Source of the DNA: a virus
Taxonomy: Duplodnaviria > Caudoviricetes
DNA: 64,000 bases
Direction: 5' to 3' (one strand)
Virus record (IMG/VR): IMGVR_UViG_3300031951_000008
The notes under the pieces were generated by a model. The model searched no databases. It was not told the origin of the DNA and saw nothing but the letters and a program-made list of their open reading frames with translations. Position numbers and translations under genes: made by a program. This document shows, piece after piece, positions 1-8,917 of the stretch (position 1 is its first letter; each line of letters begins with the position of its first letter).

Positions 1-5
1 CACTT

Positions 6-419
6 ATGCAACGATTGAAAGCCGATGTCGGAATTACTAGCCTTAACGGTTTGAGCCAGAGCCAGATTGTTCATAAGCTTTGGTATTACAGCTTAGAGAA
101 CGTAGAGCAAGTTATTTTCACTGATAGACACTCTGTGCAGAGGATCGGATATTTGGTGGAAATGAAATCTATTCCTACCGAAATGTGCTTAGAGCCTGAT
201 ATTGACGTAGCTGCCTTAGTTGCCAAAGTCGATTTGGAAGGTGATCTTGGAAAGGCTGAATCCAATGTTTTTTACTGGAATGAAAGATTTTGGATGCGGG
301 CCTTTACAATCGCCCCTGTGGGTAAGCATGGTATTGCTTACTACAAAAATCACAGATATCTGCTCTATGAAGTAGGTGTTGACGACCACAAAAAAGTGTT
401 AGGTTCATTAGTCTCTTGA
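6..419 (+). CDS. hypothetical protein (start may lie upstream of the window)
   Basis: 137-aa ORF co-oriented with the downstream AAA gene; no motif recognised. Confidence 0.6.
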   Translation: MQRLKADVGITSLNGLSQSQIVHKLWYYSLENVEQVIFTDRHSVQRIGYLVEMKSIPTEMCLEPDIDVAALVAKVDLEGDLGKAESNVFYWNERFWMRAFTIAPVGKHGIAYYKNHRYLLYEVGVDDHKKVLGSLVS

Positions 420-434
420 TAAGGATATTATAAT

Positions 435-1808
435 ATGGCCAAAATTAAGGCTATCAAGCAAGCAATTGAAGTTTGTATGAAGACCAGGGCAACTCCATTT
501 ATTTGGGGCCACCGTGGGATCGGAAAATCGAGTATTGTCAAACAAATCGCTGCTGAACAGGGCATCGGATTTATCGATCTGCGGTGTTCTCAGTTAGAGG
601 CATCTGATATTCGTGGGCTTCCCGATAAGTCCTACGGCGAAGGCGAGGGATCACAGGATTCTAAATGCACCAAGCAAACAGCTTACAGCCGCACTGTTTA
701 TCTTCCACCTGCTGATATGCCAATTGGCGACTTAGAGGATGCAGAGATTATGGCTCAGTTAGGCGACTATCCAAAGGATGGTGACTGGAAAGGCGATTTG
801 CAAGCCGAGAGGATTTTCGATCGCAAATGGAGGGCTATGCAGCCCCGGTTTAAGCGAGGTATCCTTTTCTTAGACGAACTTAATAGAGCAGCCGACGATG
901 TTCTCCAAGCTTGCTTCCAATTGGTTCTTGACAGAGCAGTTGGTCAATATACCCTACCTCCTGGGTGGGCTGTGGTGGCGGCAGGTAACTTCCAAGAAGG
1001 CTACCTCACTAACGGTTTTAATGACCCAGCATTCCTCGATCGGTTCGTCCATATGACACTCAGCACCGGCGAGGATACTCTCGAAGAATGGATCGACTAC
1101 ATTACTGCTGTGCATGGCAACAATGCTTCTTCTATTATCGAATTCGCTTCACAAAATACGAAGCACCTTGACGGCGATATCGCAGGCGACCTTGGATTCA
1201 CGATTCAGCCGTCAAGACGATCATGGGAGCAGGTAATCAAAGCTGAGAAAGTAATGCGAGAGATTGGGTCGTCACAAACTGTTCGATTGTTGATCCTTTC
1301 AGGCTTGATTGGCCAAGAACTAGCATTTGCCTACATCAATTACGATTGCCCCGTCAAGCCTAAAGATGTCATCAACAACGGTGTAAAGGCTTACATGAAA
1401 GAACTCGAATCATTACAACGCAACCAGCTTATCGGCCTAATGTGGGGTTTGGTCAGCTTTTGTAAGGACAAAATCGAAGACGATAAGGTCGGCGAGACTT
1501 GCCTTGATTTTGCGGAATACATGATCCCCAAGACTGCAGACAAAGACGTAATCGTAGCGTTTTGCCGAGCCCTTGTCGGTGCCAACGCGGACAACAACGA
1601 CGCTCAAACGTTGGCGGCCACTATTACCAATCCACAGCTCGCTAAGCTTATCGCCAACTACAGAGCGAAGACTGGTGTCGTCAGCAAGAACTTCGTCGAT
1701 CGCTTGGCGGCCAGACCGGCCTTGCAAGAAATCTTGTCTAAGACTGCTTGGGGTGATCCAAGCAATGAGCCTCTGACTACGAAGGGCAAAAAGAAAACTA
1801 AGGCTTAA
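435..1808 (+). CDS. MoxR/dynein-related AAA+ ATPase
   Basis: Walker A GHRGIGKS, DLRCSQLEASDIRGLP, Walker B ILFLDELNRA, AAGN, AFLDRF arginine finger, PSRRSWE; SD AAGGA. Confidence 0.9.
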   Translation: MAKIKAIKQAIEVCMKTRATPFIWGHRGIGKSSIVKQIAAEQGIGFIDLRCSQLEASDIRGLPDKSYGEGEGSQDSKCTKQTAYSRTVYLPPADMPIGDLEDAEIMAQLGDYPKDGDWKGDLQAERIFDRKWRAMQPRFKRGILFLDELNRAADDVLQACFQLVLDRAVGQYTLPPGWAVVAAGNFQEGYLTNGFNDPAFLDRFVHMTLSTGEDTLEEWIDYITAVHGNNASSIIEFASQNTKHLDGDIAGDLGFTIQPSRRSWEQVIKAEKVMREIGSSQTVRLLILSGLIGQELAFAYINYDCPVKPKDVINNGVKAYMKELESLQRNQLIGLMWGLVSFCKDKIEDDKVGETCLDFAEYMIPKTADKDVIVAFCRALVGANADNNDAQTLAATITNPQLAKLIANYRAKTGVVSKNFVDRLAARPALQEILSKTAWGDPSNEPLTTKGKKKTKA

Positions 1809-1813
1809 ATGAA

Positions 1814-1883
1814 TGGTCGGAAGTCGGAGGTATTAGACAGGGTGACAAGCCTAGATTCGCAGGTTCGATTCCTGCCCGGCCAT
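1814..1883 (+). tRNA. tRNA-like element with atypical D and anticodon arms (anticodon ambiguous: ACA or GAC)
   Basis: 7-bp acceptor TGGTCGG/CCGGCCA, canonical T arm GCAGG-TTCGATT-CCTGC, D-like GTC...GAC with GG; anticodon stem mismatched; no encoded CCA. Confidence 0.55.
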
Positions 1884-1910
1884 TTACTTCTATTACAAGG
1901 AATTTAAATT

Positions 1911-3095
1911 ATGTCTGATAAGCTAACAACTGCTAGATGCCGATTAATGATGCGTGAGCCATGGTATGGGCAATTCGCCCTACGCATGAGCTGGATTCCT
2001 TCTGATATGCCGTGGCTAGAAGAAGAACGCAGGACAATGGGCGTAAGGGTTATGTCTAGTGGCAATGTAGAATGTATCTTCTATCCGCCATTTGTGGAAC
2101 GTTTATCCTTGCCTGAGATTTTTGCGGTAGTTCAGCATGAGATTCAGCATATAGTCCGTTTACACTGCTTGCGAAGACACGACAGACATCCAGAGGCCTG
2201 GAACGTCGCGGCAGATATGACTGTGAACGGCACTAAGGATAGCCCAAGGATTGGTTACAAAGACACGAGCAATGGCTCCGGGGCATTAATCATACCAGAT
2301 AAGGATAAACTTGTCTGGATTCCAAAAGATTGGCCATCAGATGCAACTGCAGATTATTTCTATGATCGCTTAATGAAGGACGCTATAACAATTAACGTCT
2401 ATGGCACCGTTTTGGATGATCACTCAGTTTGGCAACAATCTGATGCTTCACCAGATGAAGCAAGGCAGATCGTAAAAAGCTTAGTCGATCAAGCAACGGC
2501 ATCAGCAAGAGGGCATGTTCCCGGTGACTTATCAGAAGCTATACAAAAACTAGGCAAGCCAATCGTTAGATGGAGGGAATTGTTAAAACAATACCTTGGA
2601 CGATACGTTGGTAACAAGAGAGACACTTATTCGCGACGCAATCGTCGCAACGATAGCTTCGGAGTACCAGGGATTAGCCATCATTCGGCTGCAAACATCA
2701 ATGTTATCGTCGACACATCCGGGTCCATTTCTACTGATGACTTGCAGCAATTCTTTGGCGAAATAGAAGCAATTAGCCACAGAGCTAAGACGATGGTCCT
2801 CCAATGGGATCATGGTTTTCAGAGTTATACGAAATATCGAAGAGGCGACTGGAAAAGCTTCAAGGTTAAGGGTCGTGGTGGCACTGATATGGCTGCTCCT
2901 ATGAGGTGGCTAAAAGAGAACATGAAAGTCGCAGATGTTCAGATAATGCTTACTGACGGAATGTGCAACTATCTGCCGAAGAAAGAGGTTAACTTTCCGG
3001 CTATTACGGTGCTGACACAGCCGCTGCCTACCGGACAGAAGAATGGCTATTACGCAGCTATTCCAGAGTATGGCCACGTTTTGTCGCTTAAGTAG
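1911..3095 (+). CDS. DUF2201-type metallopeptidase-like + VWA domain protein (MoxR partner)
   Basis: HEIQH zincin motif, WNVAADM, MIDAS DTSGS, GRGGTD, LTDG; follows the AAA gene. Confidence 0.85.
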   Translation: MSDKLTTARCRLMMREPWYGQFALRMSWIPSDMPWLEEERRTMGVRVMSSGNVECIFYPPFVERLSLPEIFAVVQHEIQHIVRLHCLRRHDRHPEAWNVAADMTVNGTKDSPRIGYKDTSNGSGALIIPDKDKLVWIPKDWPSDATADYFYDRLMKDAITINVYGTVLDDHSVWQQSDASPDEARQIVKSLVDQATASARGHVPGDLSEAIQKLGKPIVRWRELLKQYLGRYVGNKRDTYSRRNRRNDSFGVPGISHHSAANINVIVDTSGSISTDDLQQFFGEIEAISHRAKTMVLQWDHGFQSYTKYRRGDWKSFKVKGRGGTDMAAPMRWLKENMKVADVQIMLTDGMCNYLPKKEVNFPAITVLTQPLPTGQKNGYYAAIPEYGHVLSLK

Positions 3096-3160
3096 CTTTG
3101 TATTAATTATCAGGCTGTCTGGCAAATTTCTGATAGGTAACACTTATTAGGAACAAGCAA

Positions 3161-3358
3161 ATGGCAGACAAAAATAAAACAGCTTTCGAGGTCGATGGTC
3201 GTATTACTCTTTTGCTCGACCAAGATTTGGCTAATCATCTTGGTGATCTGATTCTGAGTACAGACACCAAGAATCCTGCTCTGCTCGCTATAGGCCATAA
3301 GTTAAAAGCCGAAGCTATCTCTAAGCAGCGTAAGAAGCCAGAAGACCAGAACATTTAA
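3161..3358 (+). CDS. small hypothetical protein
   Basis: 65-aa ORF with AGGA SD-like site. Confidence 0.6.
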   Translation: MADKNKTAFEVDGRITLLLDQDLANHLGDLILSTDTKNPALLAIGHKLKAEAISKQRKKPEDQNI

Positions 3359-3364
3359 TACTAT

Positions 3365-3376
3365 CAAATATACTTT
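3365..3376 (+). promoter_or_regulatory. candidate phage promoter motif CAAATATACTTT directly before ATG (possibly leaderless)
   Basis: Recurrent CAAAT(A/C)T element 12 nt before the 3377 start; no SD. Confidence 0.35.
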
Positions 3377-3898
3377 ATGAGAACCATATATGATGCTAGT
3401 TTTACCGGCTTAGACATATCTGACACAGTAGAATTATTAGAATTTGCTGTGCCCGATCAGAATATGTCTGTAATATCTATGATTAGTTTAAATAATCTGT
3501 GCGGTGAAGTAGGCGAATATGATTCTAAACTATATATAGATAACCACTTAGCTGTACCTGATCGAAAAGTATTAAATGCCTCTGGCAATACTTCGATTTC
3601 TCTTCAGAGCAGAGATATATCGATATATCAGGGTGCAGTTGTAAAGATCACGTTAAAGGGCTTAGTGGCAGACACTAACGTCGGTGGCCGATTGTTACTT
3701 TTAGATTCTAGCGTGTTTACGTTACAGGAGCTAGAATCTCTAATAAATGAGATTACACCGCAGCTCATTAGCCAAGTAGTAGCGGCTGTAAAGGGTATTA
3801 ATATTACAGTTAAACCAGAGACTAAGTTACTAGGTCCTTGTAAGGAGCCTATTGTACCGTCAGTGAAAGTACTTAATCAGTGTTCTGGCTCTCGATAA
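3377..3898 (+). CDS. hypothetical, possibly virion protein
   Basis: 173-aa ORF, beta-rich composition, precedes tail-type genes. Confidence 0.65.
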   Translation: MRTIYDASFTGLDISDTVELLEFAVPDQNMSVISMISLNNLCGEVGEYDSKLYIDNHLAVPDRKVLNASGNTSISLQSRDISIYQGAVVKITLKGLVADTNVGGRLLLLDSSVFTLQELESLINEITPQLISQVVAAVKGINITVKPETKLLGPCKEPIVPSVKVLNQCSGSR

Positions 3899-3950
3899 CA
3901 CTTTATGACACAAACATATGATAGATCTTTTTCAATAGAGGAAGTATATC

Positions 3951-4451
3951 ATGATTATTAGTGTTATTAAGTCTTTAGACTACAAAGATAAAACTGCCGA
4001 ACAGATATATAGTATTTTAAACGATAAAAATATAGATTATACAGACACAAACTTCTGGACTTGGGCAGGTGTTGCAGATGTTATCGGCAATCAAGGTGCA
4101 GAATGCTTAAGAATAGCACTATCAGAAGGTGGGATGGGCTGGGCGATACATCAATTGGGAGGTAAGGGTCTCATACTTAGTAGGCAGGACATACAGCAAG
4201 TTTTGTATAGCTTACACAATCATGGTATACCTGGGATGGAATTGCTAGCGTCAGCGGTGAAGCGGAAAAGATCCATATTGGAAGATAAGGGCATAGTAGT
4301 GACTCTTGCTGAGGTAAAGGAAGCGTTAAATTACATTAATCTTCAAGATTATAGGGATCTCAAGATAGACCAAGCACAAGATCGCCTGTATAATTATAAG
4401 CTTAATATGAACACCTGGGATGGTAACCCAGACACAGAACCGAAGTTGTAA
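3951..4451 (+). CDS. hypothetical protein in tail-spike cassette
   Basis: 166-aa ORF with GAGG SD. Confidence 0.7.
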   Translation: MIISVIKSLDYKDKTAEQIYSILNDKNIDYTDTNFWTWAGVADVIGNQGAECLRIALSEGGMGWAIHQLGGKGLILSRQDIQQVLYSLHNHGIPGMELLASAVKRKRSILEDKGIVVTLAEVKEALNYINLQDYRDLKIDQAQDRLYNYKLNMNTWDGNPDTEPKL

Positions 4452-4493
4452 TTAGAAGATAGATAGTATCAATAGCTTTATAAGGATCAAGGT

Positions 4494-7139
4494 ATGGCTC
4501 TACTAAAATCAATAGCATCTGGTAACTTCACATCTGCTTCAACGTGGGCCGTTTGCACAGCAGTTAATGATGGTACTGCTACTTCGGCTATTGGGTCATT
4601 GACTACGTATACTCTAACTTCTGCTAGTACCTATTCTTCTACAATTACTGGAAATGCGACTGGAGTTCTACTGAAAATCGCCACTAGACCCTCTACAACA
4701 GGAACGGTAACTGCTGCGTTAGCAAACAATGCGGGTACTATACTTGCAGAATGTACTATGAATGTTACGGATGTAGCAGGTAGTAGCTTACCAACAACTG
4801 GAACTACATCACAATATGGCCATTGGGTATTCTTTAAATTTAATACTCCTGTAGCTATAACTAGCGGAACCTTTTACCGGATCGGATTCAGGACTAGCGT
4901 TGCTTCTACGTTAAGTTTTAATAGAAACAGTTCCAGTGCCGGAGTCCATGCTAGCGCTATTGTTACAGATGTAACACAGGCACCAGCCGCTACTGATAGA
5001 CTAATAATAGTGGGTGACAATGTAGCTGATGCTGTATCTCCTGGGTCTGTAGCAGGCACCAAGGTATCCTATACTGTCACTATGGACAACACAACAACTA
5101 CTCAATTCGGCGACGGTGGTGCTGCTACCCTTCTTGGCATACCTTATTGGAGTTTGTATGTTGGCGATAACGCCACACTAGCCTACGGTAATAATGCAGC
5201 AACAAACTACAATTTAAGAGTGCGGGGTAATGTAGCAGTCGGTGCCGGTGGTGACCTTTATAAGGGCACTTTTACAATGGGTACGGTCGCCGACCCAATA
5301 CCAAGAGATAGTACAGCGACTCTTGAAATTGATAATGCTGCAGCTGGAAGCCACGTTCTTTCTATACAAGGTGGTGTTTTTATAGCTCAAGGTTTGAGCA
5401 GGACAATCGGGAAAGATGTTGATAGGTGCTTGTTAAATGCCGATGCTGCGGCTGGTGCGACTTCTTTAACAGTAGACACGGATACAGGATGGTTAAATGG
5501 AGATCAGATATATATCAGCCAAACTAACAGATCAGCTACTTTGTCTGCTGAAACTAGAACCCTTAATCTAGATGCTACAGCCACCAGTTTGTCAATCACT
5601 CCAAGTCTAACTGCAGCTAGAGAAGGTAATTCTACTATACAAGCTTCTATAGCTCTACTTACTAGAAATGTTGTTATAACGGGAGTCACTAATCAGTTTT
5701 ATGCTTATGTTGTTGGAGCTGGCAGTGTTGTAGATTGTGACTGGGTTAGGTTTAATTTATGCGGGACGGGCACGACTGGTAGGCAGGGCATTTATCTAGA
5801 TGGAAATTCTGCCTTGCTTTCATTCGATCGTTGTATTTTTAGTAATGTATTTAACGGATTGATTTGGTCTACAGCAAATGGCGGAGCCGGGATAACCAAT
5901 TGCATAGTAGCTAGTTGTACAGGCACAGGTATCGTAGCTCAAACTCTAACAGGCATCTCTACTACGATAACTAACCTTTGGTTAATATCTCTATCTGGCG
6001 GTATTGCCATGCGTGACATATTTCCTATCAGTGATATAAGGATTGCCGGGGCTAGTTCCTACGGAATAAGCTTTTCAACATTAGCCACACAGCTAACGTC
6101 TACTGTCACCTTAAGTAATATTGTAATTCATTCTACTCTAAATGGCATACAAGGACAGCTTGCACAAGATATCGACAGGGTTATATTAAGCAATTTACAG
6201 ATACAAAGGTGTACCAGTTCTGGATTTAATATCCAAGCTGCGACTGGTTTTATAGTTGATAACTTTAGAATATGGGGTAATAGTGCCAGAAATATTTATA
6301 ATACCAGTGGTTGCGGAATATGCTATTTCAGAAATGGGTACATAGCTTCACAGGCAGTCAATACTACTATTGCTGGCATAGAGTGGAACACCATAACACA
6401 AGGAGTACTTGTATTTGAGGATTGTCAATTTGGAACAGGTTTTACGGGCGCACAAGCACATACTGGGCAAGACATTTATTTTCCTAACCCTACTTCGGGC
6501 GTTGTCATTTTAAGAAATTGTGTATTAGGAAGTACACCAGAGGTCAGCACTCCAATCTATAACAACGGATATATTATTTCTGAGAATCACGATCAAGTAG
6601 CAGGTGCAAAAAGGGTATATCTTAAAAGGGGAAGAATCGATACTGATACGGCTATTATAAGAAGCGGTAGCCGTTCTTTACGCTTAATACCTAATAGTTT
6701 AGGTACTAAGCTAGAGTATATCTTTGCTAAGAGTGCAGTGGCTTCTGGTACTACTCCAACGATAGGGATTTATGTAAGAAAGAGTGTAGTAGGTGACGGA
6801 GCCGCCTATAACGGAAATCAGCCCAGGCTGATAATACGCCGCAATATATTAGTAGGAATCACAACAGACACTGTAATAGCCACAGCAACGAATGCAGCTA
6901 ATGGTGCATGGGAGCTATTGAGTGGTTCATTGCCTACGTTAACTGGGAATGGCATAGTAGAAATAGAATTGGATTGCGATGGTACTACTGGGTGGGTTAA
7001 TATAGATGATTTCCAAGCACCACCAGCATTAAACACTAAAAGCTTCGAATTTGGTGACGACACCGTGGGGATTACAGCTATTGGAGACAATTCTTACGGC
7101 GGTACCACCTTGATAGGAAAATCTACTTTAATAGGATAA
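4494..7139 (+). CDS. putative tail spike/receptor-binding protein (G8-like domain plus right-handed beta-helix)
   Basis: 881 aa, Gly/Thr/Ala/Asn-rich; SGNFTSASTW N-terminus; pectin-lyase-like ITNC/ISDIRI/LSNIVI/LSNLQI rungs. Confidence 0.6.
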   Translation: MALLKSIASGNFTSASTWAVCTAVNDGTATSAIGSLTTYTLTSASTYSSTITGNATGVLLKIATRPSTTGTVTAALANNAGTILAECTMNVTDVAGSSLPTTGTTSQYGHWVFFKFNTPVAITSGTFYRIGFRTSVASTLSFNRNSSSAGVHASAIVTDVTQAPAATDRLIIVGDNVADAVSPGSVAGTKVSYTVTMDNTTTTQFGDGGAATLLGIPYWSLYVGDNATLAYGNNAATNYNLRVRGNVAVGAGGDLYKGTFTMGTVADPIPRDSTATLEIDNAAAGSHVLSIQGGVFIAQGLSRTIGKDVDRCLLNADAAAGATSLTVDTDTGWLNGDQIYISQTNRSATLSAETRTLNLDATATSLSITPSLTAAREGNSTIQASIALLTRNVVITGVTNQFYAYVVGAGSVVDCDWVRFNLCGTGTTGRQGIYLDGNSALLSFDRCIFSNVFNGLIWSTANGGAGITNCIVASCTGTGIVAQTLTGISTTITNLWLISLSGGIAMRDIFPISDIRIAGASSYGISFSTLATQLTSTVTLSNIVIHSTLNGIQGQLAQDIDRVILSNLQIQRCTSSGFNIQAATGFIVDNFRIWGNSARNIYNTSGCGICYFRNGYIASQAVNTTIAGIEWNTITQGVLVFEDCQFGTGFTGAQAHTGQDIYFPNPTSGVVILRNCVLGSTPEVSTPIYNNGYIISENHDQVAGAKRVYLKRGRIDTDTAIIRSGSRSLRLIPNSLGTKLEYIFAKSAVASGTTPTIGIYVRKSVVGDGAAYNGNQPRLIIRRNILVGITTDTVIATATNAANGAWELLSGSLPTLTGNGIVEIELDCDGTTGWVNIDDFQAPPALNTKSFEFGDDTVGITAIGDNSYGGTTLIGKSTLIG

Positions 7140-7142
7140 ATC

Positions 7143-7685
7143 ATGATAGGTAATTTTAAAGTAGGCAGCACAATTAGATACCGCTTTAACACTAGGAAGC
7201 TTGATGGGAATCTAACCAGCTTCGACGGTTCGCCAGCTATAAGCATATATAAAAATTCTACTACTGAGACTACTGCTGGTGTCGTGTTGAACACCAATTA
7301 TGATGGAAGGACCGGCTTCCATGAAGTGGTTATTGATACTTCATCAGATAATGTTTTTTACGTAGCAGGCCAGGATTATGACTTAGTCGTAACATCTGGC
7401 ACGGTAGATTCGATCTCGGTCGTAGGTGAGAAGTTAGAATTTTTCTGCCTTGAAAACAGATTTTTAAATAGCACACTAAGCGAGATAGGCCAAGGCAACC
7501 CACCAGCGAGTTCTAACTTAGTCGACATGGTCAGGTATTTGTACAAAGCTTGGAGAAATAAAAAAACTCAAACTGCTACTCAGTATTCTTTGTACGCAGA
7601 TGACGGTACAACTATCGATCAAAAGTCGACAACTAGCGACGATGGCACAACCACTACTATAGGAGAAATAGGAACGGGGCCATAA
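7143..7685 (+). CDS. putative virion structural protein
   Basis: 180 aa beta-sandwich-like protein ending YLYKAWRNKKTQTAT...SDDGTT; tail-cassette context. Confidence 0.6.
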   Translation: MIGNFKVGSTIRYRFNTRKLDGNLTSFDGSPAISIYKNSTTETTAGVVLNTNYDGRTGFHEVVIDTSSDNVFYVAGQDYDLVVTSGTVDSISVVGEKLEFFCLENRFLNSTLSEIGQGNPPASSNLVDMVRYLYKAWRNKKTQTATQYSLYADDGTTIDQKSTTSDDGTTTTIGEIGTGP

Positions 7686-7705
7686 TTATTTAAAGGATTT
7701 GGATT

Positions 7706-8917
7706 TTGAGTTTAAATACGCAACAGAAAAGAGGGAGTGCGATACATATCGGATTCCCTGGCCGGACTTGGATTCAGGTCCCACAGGGGGTGTCGACTAA
7801 GCAAAGCCGCCTCTCTTTTGTTGGCTATGCGTCTGTCGGTGGCGGCAATGTTATATTATCTACAACAGATGCTAAGTTATACTTACTGGCTTACCAGTTG
7901 CAGACCGCAGATTCACTTTTACGTAGTACAACAATATTAACAAGTGCTACAGATTCGTTACTGCAAAGTAGTAACGAAATTTATCAATCTACTGATACAC
8001 TATTGGTACAGACTAATAGTAGCACATATACTACTGACTCTAGTTTAAAGAGTCTTAACAGTGCAGTACAATCGACAGATACTTTGCTTGTCAAGAACTT
8101 TAGCACTTCGCACTCAACAGATATATCTGTTTCTAGTGCCAGTTTTGCCAGTACGACCACTGACACATTATTAAAAGGGTCAGTAGCCAATCAACAATAT
8201 GTAGACGCTTTACTTAAACGGACTAGTGTAAGGTCACATACGACTAATTCTTTATTGAGAACGACCGTTGACAAGAGCTTAAGCACTGATTCATTGCTTA
8301 AATTGAAGACTGTTATACAACAAACTACGTCTAGTTTGCTTAAGGCCACATTTGTACCATACCAAAGCATTAGCTCTTTGCTAAAAAGAACTAGTACGAA
8401 AACAACGACTGCTGACTCTTTATTAAGATCCACTTTTATTAAACAACATGCAGTAGATTCTTTGCTTAAAGCGAGGAATGTTGTTAGTAATTATTCACAA
8501 TCGAGGTTAAAAGGCCAGCTCGATCTTGTAAATTACACTAACGCTCTTTTGAGGCTGAATAGTGTTCAGGCACTGACTACTAACGCTTTGTTAAAGCAGG
8601 CCAAGCAATCTAGCCATTACACCTCTAGCTGGCTTAAGCTGACTAGTACACGCACAGCTAAGACCGATTCTAGGCTGAAGTCTACTAATGAGAAGCAGCA
8701 GACTACAGGTGCCCTTTTAAAATCAACTAACACAGAGGTTCAGCAAGCTAATGCATTGCTACGAGGAAGGTTTACAAATGCCCATAATACTGTTGCTAGA
8801 TTAAAGTCTACATTTATAGTTAATCATAGCACTAACGCATACTTAATGCCGGATGCGTTAAATGGTATCTATACAGAGTCGACTTTCGATGCTGATATAT
8901 GGTGTTCAGTATATTAA
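7706..8917 (+). CDS. 14-residue repeat fibre/needle-like protein
   Basis: TTG start after AAGGA; 25 in-register 14-aa units T(D/N)(S/A)LL(K/R)x8 from aa 54 to the C-terminus. Confidence 0.75.
   Translation: MSLNTQQKRGSAIHIGFPGRTWIQVPQGVSTKQSRLSFVGYASVGGGNVILSTTDAKLYLLAYQLQTADSLLRSTTILTSATDSLLQSSNEIYQSTDTLLVQTNSSTYTTDSSLKSLNSAVQSTDTLLVKNFSTSHSTDISVSSASFASTTTDTLLKGSVANQQYVDALLKRTSVRSHTTNSLLRTTVDKSLSTDSLLKLKTVIQQTTSSLLKATFVPYQSISSLLKRTSTKTTTADSLLRSTFIKQHAVDSLLKARNVVSNYSQSRLKGQLDLVNYTNALLRLNSVQALTTNALLKQAKQSSHYTSSWLKLTSTRTAKTDSRLKSTNEKQQTTGALLKSTNTEVQQANALLRGRFTNAHNTVARLKSTFIVNHSTNAYLMPDALNGIYTESTFDADIWCSVY
7865..8914 (+). repeat. degenerate 42-bp/14-aa tandem repeat x25
   Basis: Units such as TDSLLQSSNEIYQS, TDTLLKGSVANQQY and TNALLKQAKQSSHY keep the register without indels. 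Confidence 0.85.
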
